64,000 nt of DNA from Dudresnaya verticillata (Eukaryota), in NCBI GenBank assembly GCA_977862235.1, contig OZ374562.1, positions 2,790,001-2,854,000 of the forward strand, given 5' to 3'. The stretch's first letter is position 1. Every line of letters starts with the position of its first letter. This document shows positions 26,801 through 37,815 of this stretch, in pieces. The notes under the pieces are model-generated. The model did no database searches. It was not told the origin of the DNA and was given only the letters and a program-made list of their open reading frames with translations. Made by a program: the position numbers and the translations under genes.

Positions 26801-27301
26801 GAGAGAATTGTAGCTGCTAGCGCGCGTTTGTGAATTGATACCTAGCGTTTCAAAACCTTATGTATATATCGTACATATATGGAAGCAAAGAACCCATTCA
26901 CTTGCCACTAGACCTTCCTATCCCAACCTGGTCCTATTTCAGCCGTCTTCAAAAATAGGTAGTAAAGTATAACACAAAAAGGACAAGTAGATGTGCCAAT
27001 TATTCTTCCAAACGCGGGCTGGAAATGTTCCACAGAAGACTCTACACAATTTGGCAATACCTGAGGCGACCAAAAGTTGACTACAAACAGGTTTGCTCAA
27101 ATTGCTGGACAGCATCTTGCCAAATACCAAGCTGCAATTAGTGCTATTTTATTCTACACTACAACTACTGCACTAAATCTACACGTATCTGAACTACGAT
27201 TTTATGTAAGAAGCTTGAACAGATCGAGGTCTTCATATGACTCTTGAAGCGCAAATTTGTGCCCAGGACTACCGGGTTTGAAGCATACTTGTGCTGCATT
27301 C

Positions 27302-27658
27302 TCAATTGTGAGCATAGCAGCATGTGCAACCACGGCGGCATGCAATACAGCAGCCCATAGCCAAGGCAGCATCCGAAGCAGAATTGCCTTTGATCATCGG
27401 AACGGGGCTGTGGTGCGGGGCGGCTGCCAGGCTAGGAACACGGTTTGGACCACCACCTGCAATGTGGGCAGAATGACTCGGGCTGGCAATTCGCTTCATG
27501 TGAGGAATGGGGCTTGGAGCACCACCGGAAATGTGGGCAGAATGGCTTGGAGAGGCCCTGCGACGAACTGAGGACGGGATGGAGACTGAGTCGGAGACGG
27601 AGAAGACGACGAGCAGTCCAATGACGAAGACCGCTAGGTGCATGATAGAAGATTTCAT
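27302..27658 (-). CDS. Small secreted precursor-like protein (118 aa) with repeated peptide units and a Cys-rich tail
   Basis: MKSSIMHLAVFVIGLLVVFSVSDS signal peptide; RRR-ASPSHSAHISGGAP and KR-IASPSHSAHIAGGGP; C-terminal CCIACRRGCTCC; TATAAAA on the minus strand at about 27793-27799. Confidence 0.78.
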   Translation of the reverse strand: MKSSIMHLAVFVIGLLVVFSVSDSVSIPSSVRRRASPSHSAHISGGAPSPIPHMKRIASPSHSAHIAGGGPNRVPSLAAAPHHSPVPMIKGNSASDAALAMGCCIACRRGCTCCYAHN

Positions 27659-30600
27659 CTCTTGTTTGTGTTGTGGTGGGCTGGTTTGCGTTTGAGGTCT
27701 GGTTTGACGGCGGAGGTAGAAGTAGAGAGAGCACGGAGATCTTTTTGTTCTGTCTGGACTTGACAAGAAGTGCGAGCTTTATCGCCGGTCTCTTTTATAG
27801 AAATCAGAGCTACGCCGGAGGCATGTCGTATATGCGGAATGACAATTTTTCCATGCTTCTAGAGTCGTATTATCTTCTTAGTGAGACACACAATGTAGGA
27901 TTGTTTGAGGAGCAACGCGAATGCGGAGATGAAATATATGTCACGTGCTGGAAATGCCCGATAGACTCAGACAGGAGCCGCGGTTGGCCGGATGGACGCA
28001 AATGCGCCAATGGCAGGGGCCATGATGTTTCCGATGAGATTTCCGTCGCGAGAACTTCACAACCGCAAACTGCGCTGTCAGACCCAATGCCATTTGCCCA
28101 TTTGTTTCTCTTTGCAGAACACCACATTGGCTGTGTAGGCCGCTGCGCCGTCCTTTCTTTCTCCAGCTCCAGACACGCAAGGGCAATATGCCGTTCTTCT
28201 TCCGTTGTAGGTACGGTCCTTTCGCGCTGTGACCGCTGGCAAGACCGCTTTGGTTTGCGGCCAGGAGCCGATCTCGAGGAAACTTGCCCATTTGAGTCCA
28301 TGGGAGGAACCCTTGGTGCAAAGACACTTGCGACGTGGACGCTGCATACGCACAGAGTGTCTCACCGGGATGTCAACTGCTGTATTCCATCTAACAATCG
28401 ATCAAATGTTTCACCGCAGCAAGGAATCCCCTTCCGCAGACCGTCAGAATACAGTGCAATGCACTTTTTTTTTTATCATGGATCACGGAAACTCTTTACA
28501 TAAAGTACAAAAGTGTTGGTCACACCGTTCAAGAAAAATTCTTCTTGGCATTAGGAACCTACGTGGAGTTTGTGGAAATGGCACACGGGAAGCACAGGTT
28601 CCTTGAAAGAGTATTCGAATAGCCTCTTCTAGAGACAGACATACGGCAAAAAAAGAAAAGACTGAAGAGATTGTACAGTTAGAACAGTCTTCCATCGCCT
28701 TGGCATTACTCGACCATTGCGGCAGAGGGCGGATCCCATTTGACAGATAATTAGAATGGAGGGAAAAAAGATCGCGAGCCCAACTTGTTGGTAATGAACT
28801 CCTTTAAATAAATCTCAAAGTGCTTTGTCAAGTAAGGAAAAAACGATTCTCTGCCGAGAAGGTAATAAAGTTGTATATGTTTTTAGAAGACCTCTTCTGT
28901 TGAACCAAAGGATTTTTTATTGCCACTCCTGGAAAGAACTGTTCATGAAGAGAACATATTGGGAGGATGGAAAAGATAGAGCGAATCCGTTCTAACACTA
29001 GCCATATCCGTTGTTGGCAATTATTGTACTTCCATAAACTCCATTAAGGGTTCTAGCTTGTAGAAAGAAAACTCTTTTCTCACGTTCCAGTCTTAGATGG
29101 CTGCTATTCGTCTTCAAAAACTTTGATGCTACACGTTACTTGCGCAGGATATGAACTACATAAACAGAGTAGATTAATAGAAAATTTTGTTTCATTGTCT
29201 TTCGAGAGACAAAGGCCCCATGATCCAGAAGTAACTTAATGAAAGTACAGAAAGAAACCTCTCTCATGAATTCGGATGTCAAAACATGCCCTCAGTTGAA
29301 CTTGCAGGAAAAGCACACCTCCGAGTCTTTTCTTTGGTATAGCTTTATTCTCTTAAGTTGTTCCGCAACTCTCACTTCCATCACCTGTTATTGTTGGAGA
29401 ACTAATGGTTTATGCATCTCATCCCGGTTACCATTTTTGCTCCTAATCGAGCTGTTTTCAGTTCATCTCTAACAGTCGTATACTAGGCCACAGTTTGCAC
29501 GATTAATTCTCAGCGTATTCGAGCGACTTTCTCCCTATTTTAGGAAAAAGTCTTATGCACTCGATATGGAAGAAATATATTTGGAAGTTTAACTGTGGAT
29601 ATCCTAGGTATACGTTCCATCCCAGGATTTATCTGCGTTGGCACCAATGGCTGTGAGCACACCTTTCCTTCCGCTTATATCGCAAGTCAAAACCACTCGT
29701 CAATGAATGCCGACGCATAAATTTACGGACACTTTTCTTGTTAGTGTTTTAAGCATTTACGAATAGGCGTAGGGAAGCTTCCAGAATGGCAACAGCCTTA
29801 AAGCAGAGTTGATACTTTATGACTATTGTAGTTGAGCCATTATATGCTCAACTTATGGTTTGCAAATACCATAAAGACGCCATCAAGGGGATCTACTGAA
29901 AATAGGGAACAGTCGTATTGTGCATTTTCCAGCCCTCCTTAGTAGCAATGTCCCAACTGTACTGGACATAGACAAATGGTTTGGGGGGTTTGGGGGGTCT
30001 TGACACTTCGTATGAAGACTGTTAGAAGGAATAGCACCTTCTGTAAACCAAGAAAAACGATATCGCGGATTGACTTGCTAGTTTGGCAGTTGCTACAGCT
30101 ATTCACCCCTCGTAAATCAAGAGTCACAGTACCTTCTAGCTGATGCTCTAGCATGATCCCAAACAAGAAACGATGCAGTCTAGTTGCCACAGAATGCCGC
30201 CCTTTTCAGAGCTAGAGAGAGATTTCATGCATAGGTGCTGTTTAATAAGAACCAACACGCTGTTTGCCGTTGGGCGGAAGCAAACTGGACCGAGAGAATA
30301 TACAATAGACCTAGCGGGCCAGCGGGGAATTACCCACCCCGACTAACGCAGGATTGAGGGGTAACATTCGTGGCTATATTGCCGTAGTCCACTACCTCCG
30401 CTCGTAACGGCAGCCGCTTGATCAAACGGGCACGAACCGTGGCTGTCATGAAGGGTCGGCCGCGCCGCGAGAGCCGGCGCCAGCAAGTGCGAGCAAGGCA
30501 CTGAGTCGGAACCAGAGAAGGGCTCGAGCTCAAGGTCGCGCAAGCACAGACTTCGCCGTTGGCTATGAACACAGGGCGGAGTGGTCGCGCGAGAATGGAT

Positions 30601-32411
30601 GCGTTTTGAACTACTGTTCTAGATTGCGCGCCCGAGCAAGGGGGTGAATGGAACAGATTCGAACACAGCGACGCGCTCATCCTTCGACAAGGCCATGTCT
30701 GCAAAACGGCTTGTGAATCAGCAACGAATTCAGAACTATGAATCGGAGGGTACACGTTTTTTTTACCGCCGAGGTTTCTGCTCTGCAGAGCGAGGAATAT
30801 TGGCGGTGTGCGAAGGGGAGAGGAACCGCACGATAAATAAACTAGTTGTCTTTGTCAACTAGCACCCTTACCGTCCCATCGCACCATCTCCCTATCGAGC
30901 GGACTAACACTCTCGTAGCACCTGGATTGGTCCCAGGAGATTAGTCCGACCACGCTGTTGAATCCTAGAATGAATAGAAGCGATGTGGGCCTTCCTGGAA
31001 AACAACACGAGTTAAAGAAATAGCATTACTGTAGCACAATCTACACGTTTAAAACCTTCTCTGTAGCCAGACGTGGTGGAAAGAAGGAGAAAGCTTTTCA
31101 ACGAAAGAATCTTTAGTTCTACTCCTGATGCTTAGCAGGGGCGAGCTGTGCTTTGATTTTGTCTTAGCTACAATAGACTTGCAGTGTGTAAGTTGGAGAA
31201 TATCAACAATCCTGAAGACTGAGAGCGAAAGAAGGATCCCTTTGCAATTCCTATGAGACGAAGGAAGATGTTGTGCCATTGCACAGTTACGGCATGAGTT
31301 CCACCTAGACCATCTCTCTGCGGGAGCTTTGTAGAGCTCCTGCTGGCCTCCTCAACAAAGTTCCCCTTTCTCTCTGTTGAGGTGTAAAGAGCGTAAAACC
31401 AGCGCACTGTTAGTATTGCGATCGCTCTAGAGCGCCATACAGACAGCCTATCGAGTTCCCCCAAAGTAGCAAGTTGGAGTACTGTGGCTAGTACATGATT
31501 CTGGGGTACATTCAACGCCACATCTCCGACCCACCACACTACTTACCAGCAGCCAAGGATTGCCCGTACTCCGATGGTTTATCCCCGAACGCAGATCAAC
31601 AATGTCACTAATCCCGAGCGCTTTGATGAGGCGTCTTCTGTGCTTGTCGCCGATGCAGGTGAAATTGTTCCGGGACGCAAGGCGACATCCGCAGCCGCCC
31701 TTCAAGAAGACGTAGCTAGTGTTTACAAGCCGGAAGTACTCTGTCTCACGTTTGTATACGCTGTGAAAGGAGCTAGTCTCGTCAAAAATGGCATTGTGGT
31801 CGGTTTTGGAAAGCACTCACTCTGCAACAGCGTGCGGTTCCGTGCGGGCAAGCAGGGACCTTTTGCAGGCCAACTGGACCAAAGTTGGGAGGAGCCAGAA
31901 AGGCGGAAGTTCTGCAAGGTCTTCCGCGCGTCCTCCAGGAAGAGGGAAAGGAAACTGCGCGGGCTCGGCGGCAGAGCGAGGCGACGAGAATGTGATGATG
32001 ATAGACGTTTACTCAACTCGAGTTGGATGACCTTTTTCTCGATGATAGAGAAAAACTTGTGGTGAACGGCACGATGGCCGAGAAACAAGTGTAACGGTGC
32101 AAACTTTCCCTTTCCCTGAATTTTCGGTCTCCGCCTTCCATAGAGCGCACCGCCCCCAAACTTCACCGACGTCCTCATACTTGCTTCTCCGAAGTCGCTC
32201 CGTACAGGCGGGACGCTCACTGCTCTCCCCCAACACCACCCGCGTTGAAAATGCCTTCAATATAAACCCACCGCTCCGACCCCGCCGCCCCTCTGCTCCA
32301 TGGATTGTACAAGTGCGCTCATCTTCTCCTCCTAGCGCTTCCCAGTCGCAGCACACCAGCACTGCCGTATACTGCTAATCCAACTCTTCCCGCCGTCAGC
32401 TCCACTCCGCC

Positions 32412-34385
32412 ATGCATGCCACACAATCGCAAGCGTCCTTCGAGAATAAAGATGACAACCTCAGCCTCAGCCCCAACCTCGCCTTCTCAGATCCCAACCA
32501 TTTTCTGGAGACCTTGGACGAATCCACCCTTGCCTCCATCAATGGCGTTGGTGCTGAGCAGAGCTGCCCAACTGACAATCACTCACAGCACAGCACTCCT
32601 CCCTTGTCTTGCTTTTTTGACAGCCAGCAGGCGTTCGGAACATCGTTGTCGCCAATTTTGGATACTGCATCTCCTGGACGGCTTACATTGCCGCAAGTAG
32701 TTGATAAAATTCACGAACAGTGCAAGGAAGGACAAGAACTCCAGGCAGTGGACGATGGCGATGGGCATCAGCTGGACCTGCCCGGTGTTACGCGGGGAGA
32801 TCCTGACAACAGCAATGTCAATATCAGTGCTGATGAGGAGCTCGATCTTATCAAAGGATCCCAAATACCAGACACTGCCAATGAGAAAAAGCCGAAGTTG
32901 CTCAGTGCAACTCTCTCCGATGCCATCGCCAGAGATTCAAATATTGAAACTGACAAAGGGCTGGATCTTATGCATGGAGCGCGATTGGTGAGTGACCGGG
33001 GTTTGGCACAACAGGGACACTTGTCCTATGCGGCTCCCGGGGATCCCATCAGCAAAGGTGTAAGTGTTATTGATGATGACGAGGAGATGGACGTTATCGG
33101 AGGGGCCCTAGCTCTAGGGCTAGAGACAAGCTCAGGCGGTGAGCAACAGAAAAAGTTGTGCAGCGCAGCCCGCACCAGTCCGGTCAGAAAACATGTGAAT
33201 TTCACTGCCGAGGAGGGGCGACATCTCGCAGAAGGACGCCAGCTGATAAACAAGTGGGGCGAGCAACAGGTCAAGTCTTCCCGCGCAGCTCGCACTGATC
33301 TGATCGACAACAAGGATTTTTTAAACATTGCAACTGAAGAAGATTTGCAAGTCGGGGGCGGCAACAAAGCGACGATAACAGGCGGGGTCTCATTTGGACA
33401 GCAGGCGAAACTGCCTCGTGTAACGCTCACACATGCTGTCAACAGGGAGCTAAATACCCAAACTACACATATTATTGAGGATGGGTTGCGTATTACGCAG
33501 GAGGTTGATGAAGAGGAAAATGGGGCGAATGGAGCTTGTTCAGGTGTGCTGAGAAGGCCAGGCACGGAGAACGCGGGTAGACTTTTGACTCGTGATGCTG
33601 TTGATATCGAAGATGCAGCGGAGCAGCGAAATAGCGGATGCGCAGAAGCAAGCAAAAACGTTGCGGACGTACAGAGAGTCGACGTGCTCCACGAGGGAGG
33701 CACGACTACTCTCCCGGATAAGATTTGGAAGGCGGCTCTCAGAGAACAGGATGCTTTTGCGCTGAGGTCGGACCCGGGGGTAGACGTGGAGTTTCCCGAG
33801 CACACTAGCAATTCTCCTATGCAGTTGGCGGTAGAGATGGGATTTGTAGAAGGCAGTGGCAGCAAAGGTCGATTCGGTCAGAAGCAGACTAACGCGGCGT
33901 TCTTTGAGGGCAGAAATGCAAGAAATGCGTATGAGGGTGATGAGGCTGGTCAAGTTGTGGACTCAGCGGGGAGGAAGGTGTGCGGAGCGCGCACGCAGAA
34001 AGCAGGGAATCCTCCGTGTATGAACCCGCTGACGCATACAGCAGCTACGCTGTGCCCGTTTCATACGAGAAGAAAGCGGGCTTTGCTAGGGCTTCCAACG
34101 GAATGCAAAAGGAGGAGGAAGAAGAAGAAGGGCAACGGTGAGGCGACGGCGACAGCAAAATGGTCTCGCCGGCGCGGGCGACAAGTGATTAAAAACGGCG
34201 GTGTTGGCCGTCGAGATGACGTGCAACAAAAGGCGGGCAACTCGGAGTGCGGAGCGATTGAGGTGAGCATGATAGAGCCGCGGTGGTTGTCAGAAGAGGA
34301 GGTGATGAAGGAAGGCGTGCAGTTTATTGACGTGGGGCACGAGGCGAGCGTCATTCGCAAGCTGCTGGATGAGGCGTGCCGCTGA
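32412..34385 (+). CDS. Hypothetical nuclear protein (657 aa) with a C-terminal C3H zinc-finger-like motif and a basic NLS
   Basis: Long ORF; acidic, disorder-like N-terminal region; CGARTQKAGNPPCMNPLTHTAATLCPFH then CKRRRKKKK; TATAAA at 32261. Confidence 0.75.
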   Translation: MHATQSQASFENKDDNLSLSPNLAFSDPNHFLETLDESTLASINGVGAEQSCPTDNHSQHSTPPLSCFFDSQQAFGTSLSPILDTASPGRLTLPQVVDKIHEQCKEGQELQAVDDGDGHQLDLPGVTRGDPDNSNVNISADEELDLIKGSQIPDTANEKKPKLLSATLSDAIARDSNIETDKGLDLMHGARLVSDRGLAQQGHLSYAAPGDPISKGVSVIDDDEEMDVIGGALALGLETSSGGEQQKKLCSAARTSPVRKHVNFTAEEGRHLAEGRQLINKWGEQQVKSSRAARTDLIDNKDFLNIATEEDLQVGGGNKATITGGVSFGQQAKLPRVTLTHAVNRELNTQTTHIIEDGLRITQEVDEEENGANGACSGVLRRPGTENAGRLLTRDAVDIEDAAEQRNSGCAEASKNVADVQRVDVLHEGGTTTLPDKIWKAALREQDAFALRSDPGVDVEFPEHTSNSPMQLAVEMGFVEGSGSKGRFGQKQTNAAFFEGRNARNAYEGDEAGQVVDSAGRKVCGARTQKAGNPPCMNPLTHTAATLCPFHTRRKRALLGLPTECKRRRKKKKGNGEATATAKWSRRRGRQVIKNGGVGRRDDVQQKAGNSECGAIEVSMIEPRWLSEEEVMKEGVQFIDVGHEASVIRKLLDEACR

Positions 34386-34554
34386 CACTGACAGCGGCTG
34401 CTCTTCCAGCGGCGAATAGTGCATTGCTGCCGCCGCGCACGCGCATCAATGCATCCCGTCATCCACTTTTCGAGCCGCATCCGCATTTATGGGAGCGTTG
34501 CCCGCCCCCCTCCGCTCCCGCGCCCCCCCACCTGCACCACCAAACCCCCCATCC

Positions 34555-34575
34555 ATGCAGTCCCCCGCACCGCCA

Positions 34576-34640
<65 letters not shown>

Positions 34641-36355
34641 ATCCGCACCGCCCGCGCCGCCCCTGCCGCTGCTCTCCCTAACCTCCTCCCCGACCAACGT
34701 CACCCTCTCCACGCGCACCACGCCGCGCCCCGCCGCGCTCCCCCGCGTCTCCTCCCTGCTCCTCTCGGTCGCGCTCCCGCTAGCCCACCTGGTCTTCATA
34801 TTCATATTGTTCTTCCTCGCCTTCTCTGTATCCTCCTTCCTCATTGTGTTTGTGTCAAACTTGCTCAACAGCCTCAACAAGCTGCACCCGCTCGCCTTCT
34901 TCGCAGCCTCGCTAGTCCCGCTCCCGGTCCTCCTCCTCCTAATCTTCCCGTTCCGCACGGGCAACGCCCTCCACCCGTCACACCTGCGCCTCCCGCACCC
35001 GGCCTCCCCTCTACGTCTCCTCCGCACCGACCGCGCCTCCGACCGCGCCTCCGCCTCCCCCGCGCACCTCGTCGTCGCATCCGCGCGCCTGCACGTCCCG
35101 CTGGAGCACGTGCGCCGCTTCGCCGCCGTCCCCATCCCCGCCGCCGCGCGCGCCGCCGCCGGCCTCCCCCCCGCGCTTCGCCGTCGAGGTCGACGCGCTG
35201 CACCACCCGCTGCTGTTCGCGTCCGTCGAGAGCGCGGACCACTGCAAACATGCCGTGCAAGCGCTCAACGCCTTCCTGCACGCGTGCCGCACAGACCCGC
35301 ACAACCAGCTGCCGCACCCGCCCACCTCGCTGTTCGACCACGTCCCGGGCAACGAAGCAAACCACCCCTACCATGCGCCCGCGCCGACCACCCCCGCCCC
35401 GGGCAACGAAGCAAACCACCCCTACCATGCGCCCGCGCCGACCACCCCCGCCCCGGGAAACGAAGCAAACCACCCCTACTATGCGCCCGCGCCGACCACC
35501 CCCGCCCCCGGCAACGAAGCAAACCACCCCGACCATGCGCCCGCGCCGACCACCCCCGCCCCGGGAAACGAAGCAAACCACCCCTACCATGCGCACGCGC
35601 CGACCACCCCCGCCCCCGGCAACGAAGCAAACCACCCCGACCATGCGCCCGCGCCGACCACCCCCGCGCCGACCATCCCCGCCCCGCCTACCGCACCCGC
35701 ACCTGCACTCGCAGACCTGATCGCGCAGGTCACCACCGCAACCGCGCTGTGCCCCACTCCGCCGCCGCCGCCGCCGCACGCCTGGCCGACAGCCCACCCC
35801 TCCGCCCGCCCCTTCGTCATGTCGCACTCTGCAGAACCAAACTTTCGCCTGTCCGTCGTCCGCCGCAACCGCTTCCCGGTCGCCTGGCTCCTCATCGTCG
35901 TCGTAGACTTTACCGTGTGGCTCGCGCTGTACACCCTCAATACCAGGAGGTTTTTCGTCGACGACTACCAACCGTTCAACTACGGCGTCATCATCTCCCT
36001 CATCTGCATTGTCGGCCTTGGCGCTCTCATTGTCCTCCTCTGGGCCTTTGGCGAGCGCTGGGTCTTTCGCGACGCCAAGGCGCACTATGTCGCGGGTTTG
36101 TTTGGGAGGAGGACAAAGCTTGATATGGCCAGCGTCACCGCCATGCACATCAGCAAGGCCGATATGACGCACGGAAGAAACTTGCCGCATGTGCTTGCGT
36201 GCTCGCTGGGCGCGCACGGCGGCCGACGCTTCTCGCTTGGTCTTGAGACAGGAGGCAAGAAATTTGCTCCCATTGATGGCATGAACGAGGGCGAGGCGCT
36301 GTATGTCGCCCATGTCCTGCGCGAACAGTTTCCGCAATGCTCTGGCATAGTATAG
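34555..36355 (+). CDS. Membrane protein with two 2-TM modules and Pro-rich repeats; apparent 1-nt frameshift in the C7 run at 35166-35172
   Basis: Coding-like frame (MQSPAPP..., TM helices) switches at 35172 into the frame of ORF 35255-36355; removing one C gives a continuous ...GLPPRFAVEVDALHHPLLF... Confidence 0.7.
35345..35668 (+). repeat. 54-bp coding minisatellite, 6 copies (PGNEANHP[YD][HY]APAPTTPA)
   Basis: Direct tandem repeats seen in the DNA and in the translation. Confidence 0.92.
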
Positions 36356-37815
36356 CAAGTGCAGCAATTACTGGTGTAGGCACCCTGCTAGGAACAAGGT
36401 CAACTGCGAAAGGAAAATGTGCATTGTCTTGCAGAGGGAGTCAAGGCCTTCTTCTTTCCCCGGTTCGGCTCGGAAGGATGCAATTGTTTTGTCGAAGCTA
36501 CACTGCAACATGTTTTCCAATGACATTGTTATGCTAGTGCTTTTCAGCTACGGGATCCAATCTAATCTTTGGGGAAACAAGCCTTGAACAAGTATATGTA
36601 ACGAAAGCGGAGTCGATGGCTTCCGCATGCAGCCTGCTTTCTGTTTGTCCAACTTGTGTCAGCTGCAAAAGAGGTCACAACCGTGAAACAACCGCGACGC
36701 TCATTCACCCGCAAAGGGTCGTACTGTAGATTGCTGCATCTTGCAATATGAGAAGAGGAGGATGAGTTGTAAACGTCAATTCAGGTCTTTTCCGAGAGTA
36801 TAACCTCCCTTTATGGGAGGAGTTCCTCCGCTTCCTTCGCCACAATGTCAGCGGTCTCGATTCTGCTTTAAACGCCTTCGAAAGTTCCAACTCCAGGTCA
36901 ACTCGCCCATCGCACATCGCACTTTCTGCCTGGACTCAAAGGTGGCGGATTCTGTATTCCCTCCAACACAAACTACCTGCAGTGAAGGTATTCAAGGGTA
37001 CAGTCCAAATAGAAGAAGGACATATTGTCTAAGCATTTCAAGAGAAACCATCACACACTGTGACACTCAGCAGATCCGTAAGGGGCTCGATACCGTCAAG
37101 ACAGTGTGGCAGCGGATCAGTAGCGCCGTAGCGCCGCAGGCGCTAGTGTTACACATAGCGCTCGCACTGTTTGGGAGTACTCCCTAGAATGGGATCCCAA
37201 CGCGCACATGCGACGCTGCAGGTGCATTCCCTAGAATGGGAGCCTGCTGGGGAACGCACTGCTGAACAATGGCAAACCCCACGGCCGATCATGGCTATCG
37301 CGCACAGACCTGGTGAACCTGCACAAGGCAGAACTGCCGGTCTGACAATGCGAATTTGCGTCCCTTCGGACAAGCCTCTACATCTTATTGGCTAACGCTC
37401 AGGGTCCCCTGACAACAGGGTTCAGACCTGAACGACTTTCCGTCCGTCCCCGACCCACTGTGGGACGGCGGGTGTGAACACATCCACCTGTTCAGGTCTA
37501 TCTGACTTGGAGCGGATCCCGAGAGCATGCGGGCCACAAATACTGTGGGTCGCTTTGAGCCGTCCGGCTGTAGAAATAATAAAGGCAGCACGCTGGCGTC
37601 GAACGACGACGACGAGGGACATGACACCACTCCTCATCCACGCCGTGACTTTGCCCTCCACTTTGCCAACCCCAACTTTCTCTCTACCAACCTTTTACTT
37701 TTCCTTTTCGAGTTCGCGATCTACTGCTTCGAAGGCAAAAGCTGTTAAGCGTCACAGTAATTACTTTTCCCGGGAGTAGTTTCGTTATTGTTGACGAAGC
37801 GAGATCGTGTTCACG

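Noticed and set aside
24000..26900. Short ORFs, possibly a TE remnant
   Set aside because: No diagnostic motifs or boundaries found
27673..28503. 276-aa ORF
   Set aside because: No recognisable motif or coding bias; overlaps the promoter of the minus-strand peptide gene
30330..32220. Several 120-165 aa ORFs on both strands
   Set aside because: No consistent frame or recognisable domain; possibly a decayed gene or TE but I cannot support a call
35345..35668. Regularly spaced repeats resembling a CRISPR array
   Set aside because: Contiguous 54-bp tandem units with no unique spacers, in frame within a CDS; eukaryotic context and no cas genes
34376..36367. Long alternative-frame and antisense ORFs (433, 497 and 229 aa)
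   Set aside because: Shadow ORFs of GC-rich repetitive coding DNA; low-complexity Arg/Gly/Ala translations
37149..37779. Short ORFs repeated at 8.3, 37.1 and 42.7 kb
   Set aside because: They lie inside LTR copies, and an indel between copies breaks some of them
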